A stretch of DNA of 64,000 nt, from the NCBI GenBank assembly GCA_963783375.1, contig CAWANH010000028.1, positions 1,792,001 to 1,856,000 on the forward strand, given 5' to 3'. Made by a program: the position numbers and the translations under genes. A model generated the notes under the pieces. It was given only the letters and a program-made list of their open reading frames with translations, was not told the DNA's origin and ran no database searches. Origin of the DNA: Candidatus Eiseniibacteriota bacterium (GTDB lineage: Bacteria; Eisenbacteria; RBG-16-71-46; JABDJR01). Of this stretch, positions 56,524-64,000 are shown in pieces (position 1 is the first letter of the stretch; the number at the start of each line of letters is the position of its first letter).

Positions 56524-57876
56524 ATGAACCGTTCCCCCCGCGAACTCGCCCACCGCTGGTTCCGCCAGCCCATCGTGGACTTCTTCGAGACCGAGGCCTC
56601 GGGCGGGATCATCCTGATCCTGGCCACCGCGGTCGCGCTCCTGTGGGCCAACTCTCCCTGGCGCGACGCCTACCACGACCTCTGGCACGCCCACGCCGGC
56701 CTGTCCTTCGGGAACCGGGGCCTCGATCTTTCCCTCCATCACTGGATCAACGACGGGTTGATGGCGGTGTTCTTCTTCTACGTGGGGCTCGAGATCAAGC
56801 GAGAGCTTCTGACCGGGGAGCTGGCCTCGTGGCGGAAGGCGGCGCTCCCCGCCATGGGGGCCCTGGGCGGGATGCTGGTCCCGGCCGGACTCTACGCGCT
56901 CGTGAACGCGGGCGGGGACGGGGCGGCGGGATGGGGGATCCCCATGGCCACCGACATCGCCTTCGCCATCGGCGTCCTGATGCTCCTGGGGAAACGGATT
57001 CCCCTGGGGCTCAAGGTCTTCCTCACCGCCCTGGCGGTGGTGGACGACCTGGGGGCGGTCCTGGTCATCGCGGTCTTCTATACCGCCGGGATCTCCTGGT
57101 GGCACCTTCTGGCCGGGATCGGGGTCCTGGCCCTGATGACGGTGGCGGCGCGGCTCGGCATGCGGCGGCGGCTCTTCTTCGCCGCGGCGGGGATCGTGGT
57201 CTGGTACCTCTTTCTCCGGAGCGGGGTCCACGCCACGGTGGCCGGTGTGCTCGCCGCGCTGACCGTGCCCCATGCGGTGGCCAAGGGGCGACGCGAATTC
57301 GTGGACCGGATGGACGAGGTCACCGACGCGATCCTGGAGCGTGAGGAGCGCGGGGCCCCGGTCACCGACGAAGAGCACGAGGTGGCGCTCCAGACCGTGC
57401 ACGACCTGGCCGAGAAGGCCGGGTCCCCGCTCCAGCACATGGAGCACCAGCTCGCTCCCTGGGTGGCCTACGGGGTGATGCCGGTCTTCGCCCTGGCCAA
57501 CGCCGGGCTGGAGATCGACGCCGGCGCCCTGGGCCGGGGCCTCGCCGATCCGGTGCCCCAGGGCATCCTCCTCGGCCTGGTGGCCGGGAAGCAGGTGGGG
57601 GTCTTCGCCTTCTCGTGGCTCGCGGTCCGGCTCGGGTGGGCCCGGCTTCCGAGCGGAGTGAACTGGAGAAGCCTCCACGGGGCGGCGGTCCTGGCGGGGA
57701 TCGGGTTCACCATGTCGCTCTTCATCGCCAACCTGGCCTTCGGCGCCGGCGCGCTCCTGGAGGAGGCCAAGATGGGGATCCTCCTGGCCTCGGCGGTCTC
57801 GGCGCTGGCTGGAGCCGCGCTTCTCCTCGGCGCGCCCGGTTCCCGGCCGGCGGAGACCGCGACCGGCGGGCCCTGA
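56524..57876 (+). CDS. nhaA: Na+/H+ antiporter NhaA
   Basis: WINDGLMAVFF, GWGIPMATDIAF, LAVVDD, GIGFTMSLFI. Confidence 0.96.
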   Translation: MNRSPRELAHRWFRQPIVDFFETEASGGIILILATAVALLWANSPWRDAYHDLWHAHAGLSFGNRGLDLSLHHWINDGLMAVFFFYVGLEIKRELLTGELASWRKAALPAMGALGGMLVPAGLYALVNAGGDGAAGWGIPMATDIAFAIGVLMLLGKRIPLGLKVFLTALAVVDDLGAVLVIAVFYTAGISWWHLLAGIGVLALMTVAARLGMRRRLFFAAAGIVVWYLFLRSGVHATVAGVLAALTVPHAVAKGRREFVDRMDEVTDAILEREERGAPVTDEEHEVALQTVHDLAEKAGSPLQHMEHQLAPWVAYGVMPVFALANAGLEIDAGALGRGLADPVPQGILLGLVAGKQVGVFAFSWLAVRLGWARLPSGVNWRSLHGAAVLAGIGFTMSLFIANLAFGAGALLEEAKMGILLASAVSALAGAALLLGAPGSRPAETATGGP

Positions 57877-57962
57877 CCCCGTATGATCGGGTCCGGCCGA
57901 CTCGTGGCGCCCGCGGCGATCGGTCGCTGGTGAAGGTCCCGGGCCCAGGAGGTGCCTCCGCG

Positions 57963-58829
57963 ATGCGGTTCGTCAAGATGGAAGGCTGCGGAAACGACTA
58001 CGTATTCGTGGACCGCGGGATCGGCCCCGACCCGGTGGAGCCGGGCGCCCTGGGGGACCCGGGCGCCTTGGCCCGGCGGATCTCCGATCGCCACCGCGGG
58101 GTGGGCTCCGACGGCCTCATCCTGCTCCTTCCCGGGGAGGGCGCCCCGGTCCGGATGGTCATGTACAACGCGGACGGCTCCGAGGGGCGCCTGTGTCTGA
58201 ACGGCCTCCGCTGCGCGGCCAAGTACGCGGCGGACACCGCGGGGGGTGGCCCCGACGCCTTCGACGTGGAGACGGCGTCGGGCCGGTTTCCGGTGCGCGT
58301 GTTCCGAGGCCCCGACGGCGCGGTGGCCGAGGTCGAGGTGCGGGTTCGAACCCCCGATTTCCGCCGGAGCGCCCTTCCCGCCCTCGGGTCCGAACCCGGG
58401 ATCTGGGGAGAGGTCTTCCCCGCCGGCGGCATGGATCTCCCCGGCTACGGGGTGAGCGTTGGGAACCCCCACCTGGTGCTCTGGGCCTCCGACGAGGAAG
58501 CGCTCCGGCGCGCTCCCCTGGAGGCGATCGGGGAGCCCCTGGAGCGCGATCCCCGGTTCCCCGAGGGGATCAACGTGCACCTCGCCGCCGATCGGAAGGA
58601 GGGCGGCTTCGTCATGCGCTCCTGGGAGCGGGGATCGGGGATCACCCTGGCCTGCGGGAGCGGGTCGGTGGCGGTGTTCGCGGTGGCGCTCCGGCTGGGG
58701 CGGGCGGAGAGCCCCTCCGTGGTCGAGATGCCGGGGGGCGAGGTCCGCATGCGCGCGCTCGAGGACGGAGCGATCGTCATGACCGGCCCGGCCCGGGAGG
58801 TCTTTCGGGGGGAGTGGCCGGGGGCCTGA
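57963..58829 (+). CDS. dapF: Diaminopimelate epimerase
   Basis: KMEGCGNDY, GVGSDG, YNADGS...CLNGLRC, GNPH, ERGSGITLACGSG. Confidence 0.92.
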   Translation: MRFVKMEGCGNDYVFVDRGIGPDPVEPGALGDPGALARRISDRHRGVGSDGLILLLPGEGAPVRMVMYNADGSEGRLCLNGLRCAAKYAADTAGGGPDAFDVETASGRFPVRVFRGPDGAVAEVEVRVRTPDFRRSALPALGSEPGIWGEVFPAGGMDLPGYGVSVGNPHLVLWASDEEALRRAPLEAIGEPLERDPRFPEGINVHLAADRKEGGFVMRSWERGSGITLACGSGSVAVFAVALRLGRAESPSVVEMPGGEVRMRALEDGAIVMTGPAREVFRGEWPGA

Positions 58830-58844
58830 CCGGAGCGGCCGGGG

Positions 58845-59378
58845 TCAGACCGAGGCGTCGCGGTGGCGCGCGATCGGAAGCCGGTCGAGCCGCTCGAGCA
58901 GCACGTCCCGGGGCTCGTCGGGAAGGAGGGGTGCCACGAGTCGCGCTCCCCAGCTCAGGTAGGGGACCATCGTCGATCGGGCGAGAATCGGGCTCGAGGG
59001 CTCGAGGAAGAGGGTGAGCCCGAGGACGATGAAGAGGCCGATCACCAGGGCCCGCACCACCCCGAACGCCCCCCCCAGGAGCCGGTTCAGGGGGCCGAGC
59101 TGAGCCAGCTCCACCACCTTCGTGATGAGCCAGGCCAGGAGCGCCGCCACGATCAGGGTGCCCACGAAGAGGAGCACCAGGGCCGCGGCGTAGGCCGCGC
59201 TCTGGTTGGGGATCCAGCGGGCGAGGGCGGGAGCGAGCCGGGGGCTCAGGAGAAAGGCCACCAGGACCCCGGCCAGAACCCCGGCCAGGGAGAAGATCTC
59301 CTTCACCAGGCCCTTCCAGAGCCCGCCGAACACCGAGAGCGCCAGGATCACCAGGAGCGCCACGTCGAGAACGTTCAT
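58845..59378 (-). CDS. cvpA: CvpA family membrane protein
   Basis: MNVLD...GLWKGLVKE, LNRLLGGAFG. Confidence 0.85.
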   Translation of the reverse strand: MNVLDVALLVILALSVFGGLWKGLVKEIFSLAGVLAGVLVAFLLSPRLAPALARWIPNQSAAYAAALVLLFVGTLIVAALLAWLITKVVELAQLGPLNRLLGGAFGVVRALVIGLFIVLGLTLFLEPSSPILARSTMVPYLSWGARLVAPLLPDEPRDVLLERLDRLPIARHRDASV

Positions 59379-60823
59379 CCGCCGCCGTTCATCGCCGGTT
59401 TTCCCGGCCCCGCCTGGAACACCCGGGCCTCGAAGACCTCGATCCGCGCGTTTCCCCGCCAGGCGTCGGGGGGGAGGCCGGCCTTGACGCAGGTCTGGGC
59501 GAGGAGCGTCTCCCGGTCCCAGCCGTACTCGTCGGCCAGCTGCGGAAGCAGGAGTCCCCGCCGGTGTCCGGAGGTGATGATGACCCCGTGCCGTCCCGCC
59601 ACGACCTCCTCCGGGTCCGCGACTTCGCGGGGCTCGCTCAGCACGCTCACCTCCACCGTCATCTCCTCCATCTCATCGGGACTCACCGGGTTGAAGCGCG
59701 GGTCCTCGTGGGCCGCTCCCCGCGCCGCCCGGGCCACGGCCTCCCAGAGGGGGCGCCCGCGCTCGAGGGTGCCGATGCACCCTCGAAGGTCGTGTCCCCG
59801 CCGGAGGGTGACGAAGGCGCGGCCGGGGCGGCGGAGCGCGGCGGTGAAACGCGGGACGGCGAGGCTCGGGTACGGCGCACCGACGGGGGTCCGGGCCGAC
59901 TCGAAGGCGAGGGAGAGGAGCGCGTCGGCCTCGGCGGGGCTGATCTCGATCTCGTGGGCCATGAACTCCACCTTCCGGGGGGGCATGCCGCGATAGAAGG
60001 CGGCGGCGAGGTAGCCGACCACGCTCTTCACCTCGCCGTTGGCGTCGGCGCTGTCCGCGTAGCGCAGCACCGCCGAGCCCTCGGCGCCGGCGATCCCCGC
60101 CCCCAGCATCACCGAGACCAGGGGATCCCCCCCGCAGGCCTCGACCCGGCCCTCGCGCAGATCCTCCCAGAGCGACGTGGGGGCGAAGGCGCGCACCAGC
60201 TCCTGCACCCGGCCGTCGAGCTTTCGGGCCACCTCCCGCGGATGATAGTGGGAGAGATCGGTCGAGGCCACGAGCACCACCTTCGGGTTGTCGAGGGCCC
60301 GGGAGAGGAGGTTGGCCAGCTGCTCCACGTTGGTGCGGGAGCGAAAGCCCATGAGGACGGGGACGATGCGCGCCCGGGGGAGCACGCGCTGGAGGAACGG
60401 GAGCTGGACCTCGAGGGAGTGCTCGCGGCGGTGGGCTTCGGGTGCCGCCCGGACCCCGGCCCCGGCGCCCAGGAAGAGATCGGCGAGCTCGACGTCGATG
60501 TCCACCTCGCCGAGGGGAGTGCGGAAGGCGCCCTCGGGATAGATCGCGATTCCCTCGAACCCGATGTAGTGATCGGGGCCCACCAGGACCACGGTGTCCA
60601 CCGCGCGGCCCTTGAGACAGGCGAAGGCCTCCGCGGCCACCTGACCCGAAAACGGATAGCCGGCGTGGGGGCAGGCCAGGGCCCGGACCTCCCGGTCGGG
60701 ATCGATCCGGGGCGTCGCCCGGCTCAGGAGCAGGTCGATCTGTTCGGTGAGCGCTTCGGGATCGCTGGGGTAGAAGGTTCCGGCCACCGCGGGCTCGCGG
60801 ACCGGACGCGAGGGACCAACCAA
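59375..60823 (-). CDS. AmmeMemoRadiSam system proteins B+A fusion (MEMO1 + AMMECR1 domains)
   Basis: PAVAGTFYP, PHAGY.FSG, EHSLEVQLPFLQ, STDLSHY, then AFVTL...LRGCIG, DPRF, GLLLPQ, KAGL. Confidence 0.92.
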   Translation of the reverse strand: MVGPSRPVREPAVAGTFYPSDPEALTEQIDLLLSRATPRIDPDREVRALACPHAGYPFSGQVAAEAFACLKGRAVDTVVLVGPDHYIGFEGIAIYPEGAFRTPLGEVDIDVELADLFLGAGAGVRAAPEAHRREHSLEVQLPFLQRVLPRARIVPVLMGFRSRTNVEQLANLLSRALDNPKVVLVASTDLSHYHPREVARKLDGRVQELVRAFAPTSLWEDLREGRVEACGGDPLVSVMLGAGIAGAEGSAVLRYADSADANGEVKSVVGYLAAAFYRGMPPRKVEFMAHEIEISPAEADALLSLAFESARTPVGAPYPSLAVPRFTAALRRPGRAFVTLRRGHDLRGCIGTLERGRPLWEAVARAARGAAHEDPRFNPVSPDEMEEMTVEVSVLSEPREVADPEEVVAGRHGVIITSGHRRGLLLPQLADEYGWDRETLLAQTCVKAGLPPDAWRGNARIEVFEARVFQAGPGKPAMNGGG

Positions 60824-60970
60824 ACGCGAATCCTCCCCGCAGGTGAAATTGCCGAACTCACGGTATCATCGCGCGGTAGCGGCCACAAGTGCCCGCCGGG
60901 GGAGGGCCCGTGCGCTCCCGGGTCCTCGCCCGAGCAATTCCCGGTCCGCCACCGCCCGCGTCCAACCTCG

Positions 60971-60999
60971 TTGACACCCTTCGGGGCCCAAACTATGCT
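60971..60999 (+). promoter_or_regulatory. Sigma-70 promoter for leucine dehydrogenase
   Basis: TTGACA-17 nt-TATGCT. Confidence 0.75.
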
Positions 61000-61005
61000 T
61001 TTTTC

Positions 61006-61033
61006 CGCATCGCATCGCATCGCATCGCATCGC
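61006..61033 (+). repeat. Pentanucleotide tandem repeat (CGCAT)5 + CGC
   Basis: cgcat cgcat cgcat cgcat cgcat cgc read directly. Confidence 0.95.
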
Positions 61034-61112
61034 TTCCGCGGCGGCGGCGGGCCGTCGCGTCCCCGCTCACCCGACGCAACAGGTCATCACCCTCGGAAAC
61101 AAGGAGTCGCGT

Positions 61113-62225
61113 ATGCCCGGCGGGGTCTTCGAACGCATGGGTCTCAGGGACCACGAGCAGGTCGTCTTCTGCTCGGACAAATCCACCGGTCTCCGGGCGA
61201 TCATCGCCATTCACAACACCGTGCTCGGCCCGGCCCTCGGCGGTTGCCGGATGTGGCCCTTCGCCAGCGAGGACGAGGCCCTGGAGGATGTGCTCCGGCT
61301 CTCCCGCGGAATGTCGTACAAGGCCGCGGTGGCGGGGCTGAACCTGGGCGGGGGGAAGGCGGTCATCATCGGCGACCCCAAGAAGCAGAAGTCCGAGGCC
61401 CTCTTCCGCACCTTCGGCCGCTTCGTCCACAGCCTGGGCGGGCGCTACATCTCCGCCGAGGACGTCGGCACCAACGTCAACGACATGGAATGGGTGCGGA
61501 TGGAGACCCCCTACGTCACCGGCATCAGTCGCGCCCTGGGGGGAAGCGGCGATCCCTCGCCCTTCACCGCCCGCGGGGTCTACATGGGGATGAAGGCCTG
61601 CGCCCGGTGGGCGGGGGGAAGCGACGACCTTTCCGGCCTGACGGTGGCGGTCCAGGGCCTCGGGCACACCGGCTACTACCTGACCGAGTACCTTCACCGC
61701 GAGGGCGTGAAGCTCTACGTCACCGACATCGACGAGGACATGGTGCGGAAGGCGGTCGATGAGTTCGGAGCGGAGGCGGTCTCCCCCGACGCCATCTACG
61801 ACATCGAGGCCGACGTGTTCGCCCCCTGCGCCCTGGGCGGGGTGGTCAACGACGACACCCTTCCCCGGCTCAAGGCGCGGATCATCGCCGGTTCCGCCAA
61901 CAACGTGCTGAAGGACGAGGATCGCCACGGCCCCATGCTCCGCAAGGCGGAGATCCTCTACGCCCCCGACTTCGTGATCAACGCGGGAGGGCTCATCAAC
62001 GTGGCCAACGAGCTCGAGGGCTACAATCAGGAGCGGGCGAAGCGGCAGGTGGAGACGATCTACAACATCCTCATGGAGATCTTCGCGGTCTCCAAACGGG
62101 ACGACGTGCCCACCGCCCTGGCCGCCAACAAGGTGGCCGAGCAGCGCATCGAGAAGATGTCCCGGGTGAAGCGGACCTGGGTGGGGCCTCAGGACCTGGC
62201 TTCTCCCCGCCGCCGCCACCGGTAG
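61113..62225 (+). CDS. ldh: Leucine (Glu/Leu/Phe/Val) dehydrogenase
   Basis: [49 protein letters not shown]. Confidence 0.92.
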   Translation: MPGGVFERMGLRDHEQVVFCSDKSTGLRAIIAIHNTVLGPALGGCRMWPFASEDEALEDVLRLSRGMSYKAAVAGLNLGGGKAVIIGDPKKQKSEALFRTFGRFVHSLGGRYISAEDVGTNVNDMEWVRMETPYVTGISRALGGSGDPSPFTARGVYMGMKACARWAGGSDDLSGLTVAVQGLGHTGYYLTEYLHREGVKLYVTDIDEDMVRKAVDEFGAEAVSPDAIYDIEADVFAPCALGGVVNDDTLPRLKARIIAGSANNVLKDEDRHGPMLRKAEILYAPDFVINAGGLINVANELEGYNQERAKRQVETIYNILMEIFAVSKRDDVPTALAANKVAEQRIEKMSRVKRTWVGPQDLASPRRRHR

Positions 62226-62305
62226 CCGCGGGCGGATCTCCGGATCCACGCCGGCCGGGGACGCCGTTCCGGTCGAACCCCCCGCCGGTCGGCCGGGGCG
62301 GGACG

Positions 62306-64000
62306 CTAACGCGTTCCCAGGGCTTCCAGGATCCCCCCCGCCATTTCGAAGCGGTTGAAGGGGGGCATGAGGTAGGCGCCCTGGCAGAGCGGCCGCACCC
62401 GGTTCACGAACTCGATGGCGATGGCCACGCCTTCCTCGAGCCCGTGTTCCCCCGCCCGGTGCATGCGTTCGCGGATGGGGGCGGGGACCATCATGCCGGG
62501 GATCTCGTTGTGGATGAACTCGGCGTGGCGGGCGTTGCGAAGCGGAAGCACCCCCACGCAGATCGGGATGGGCAGCGGTCCGAAGCGATCCAGGAACCGC
62601 TCCAGGTCGTCGGGGTCGTAGATGGGCTGGGTGAAGATGAAGTGCGCCCCGGCGTCGATCTTCCGCTGGAGCTTGTCGATCTCGGCCGCCGGGTCCACCG
62701 CGGTGGGGTTGGCGGCCACGCAGATCCGGAACTGGGTGGGCTCGTCGGTGGGGCTCCCGGTCAGATCCTTCCCCCGGTTGAGCGCGGTGATGAGGCGGGT
62801 CAAGGACACCGAATCCAGGTCGAAGACGTCGGTGGCCTGGAGGTAGCCTCCCACCTGCACGGGGTCGCCGGTGATGGCGATGACGTTCCGGATGCCCAGC
62901 GCATGGGCCCCGAACAGCTCGGACTGAGTGCCGAGAACGTTCCGATCCCGGCAGGCCATGTGGAGGAGGGTCTCGATTCCCGCGTCGCGCTGGATGATGT
63001 GGCAGAAGGCGCTCGGGCTCATCCGGGGCCGGGCCAGGGGGCTGTCCGCCACGTTGATGGCGTCGGCGCCCTTGCCCTTCAGATACACCGCGCTCTTCAC
63101 GAAGCGCTCCACGTTCACCCCGCGCGGGGGGTCGATCTCCACCGAGACCGCGAAGCGGCTCCCCAGCATCTCGAAGAAGCCGGAGGGACGCGCGATTTCC
63201 GGGGCGGCCGGAGCCGGGTGGGGCTCGGCCACCTCCACCGCCGGAGCGTGTCCGGGACGGCGGGGGACCTGTCCCCGGACGGCCTGGGCCAGGGCCTCGA
63301 CGTGGTTCGGGGTCGTCCCACAGCAGCCGCCGATCCCCGCCGCCCCCAGCTCCACCGCCCGCCGGGCAAACTCCCCCAGGTACTCGGGGGAGGAGAGGTA
63401 GAGGTAGCGGCCGCCGACCAGGCTCGGGAGCCCGGCGTTGGGCATCACCAGCACCGGGACCGAGGAGGCGGGGACGAGCTTCTCCAGCACTTCGAGCACG
63501 CCCTGGGGTCCCACGCTGCAGTTGGCCCCGATCGCCGCCGCCCCCTCCGCCGACAGAAGCCGCGCGGCCTCGGCGGGCTTGTTCCCCACCAGGGTCTTCC
63601 CCTCCTCGGTGAAGGTCAGGAGCACCACCACCGGCACGCCCAGGTCGCGGCACGATCGGAGCGCGATCAGCCGCCTCGTCGAGGTTGGTCTGGGTTTCCA
63701 CCACCAGGAGATCGGCCCCCGCCTCGACCAGGGCCCCGCCCTGCTCCCGGTACGCCTCGCCTGCCTCCTCGGGGGTGACGTGGCCGATCGGCACCAGGTG
63801 TTTTCCCAGGGGCCCCATCGACCCCGCCACCAGCGCCCGGCCCCCCGAGGCTTCCTTGGCCAGACGGACCCCGGCGTGATTGATGGCGCGGAGCTCCCCG
63901 GCATGGTTCCCATCGGCCAGCCGGTAGCGGTTCGCCCCGAAGGTGTTGGTCTCCAGGATCTCCGCCCCCGCCTCTACGTAGGCCCGGTGCACCCCGCGGA
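62306..64000 (-). pseudogene. yitJ: Bifunctional homocysteine S-methyltransferase / methylenetetrahydrofolate reductase (YitJ-like); apparent +1 frameshift at about 63671; 5' end outside the window
   Basis: One frame has ETNTFGAN, AGSMGP, VVET; the other has GANCSVGP, PNAG.P, GGCCGTTP, VEIDPP, NVADSP, CRDRN, FTQP. Confidence 0.8.

Noticed and set aside
60993-63992. 999-aa minus-strand ORF as a single gene
   Set aside because: Only its first ~107 aa are the YitJ N-terminal part; the rest is out-of-frame or antisense to ldh

Overview
High-GC bacterial chromosomal segment, densely coding. Lipoproteins, Wza/Wzi and sigma-54 point to a diderm; the taxon cannot be fixed from sequence alone. I found no rRNA, tRNA, CRISPR array or mobile element. 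From 0.7 to 20.6 kb lies a Wzx/Wzy-type capsule/EPS locus: radical SAM/SPASM enzyme, degenerate nucleotidyltransferase, priming glycosylphosphotransferase, Gfo/Idh/MocA oxidoreductase, hexapeptide acyltransferase, glycosyltransferases, SLBB exporter, Wzz-like co-polymerase, Wzx, Wzy and Wzi. It is preceded by a small secreted twin-CX3C protein. At 21-23.7 kb is a self-contained sigma-54 module: a Cys-PAS enhancer-binding protein, candidate UAS and IHF sites, a -24/-12 promoter, a TPR gene and a run of five hairpins. Next come a GT-C/PA14 fusion, iorB with an IorA-ferredoxin-GltD-like fusion, a eukaryotic-type citrate synthase, and a 1595-aa acyl-CoA synthetase fused to a helical region, an apparent pseudokinase and a GNAT domain. 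The rest holds an NO-detox cluster (Rrf2, qNor, Ric, YwiC-like), valS, three tandem Cys-rich lipoprotein paralogs, uvrB, nadC-birA-nhaA-dapF, cvpA, an AmmeMemoRadiSam B-A fusion, leucine dehydrogenase with a (CGCAT)5 repeat at its promoter, and a frameshifted yitJ-like gene running off the window. The best novelty candidates are the ACS-pseudokinase-GNAT fusion, the Ior-NADP(H) oxidoreductase fusion, and the sigma-54/TPR/structured-RNA module. All family calls come from motif recognition by eye, not from database searches.
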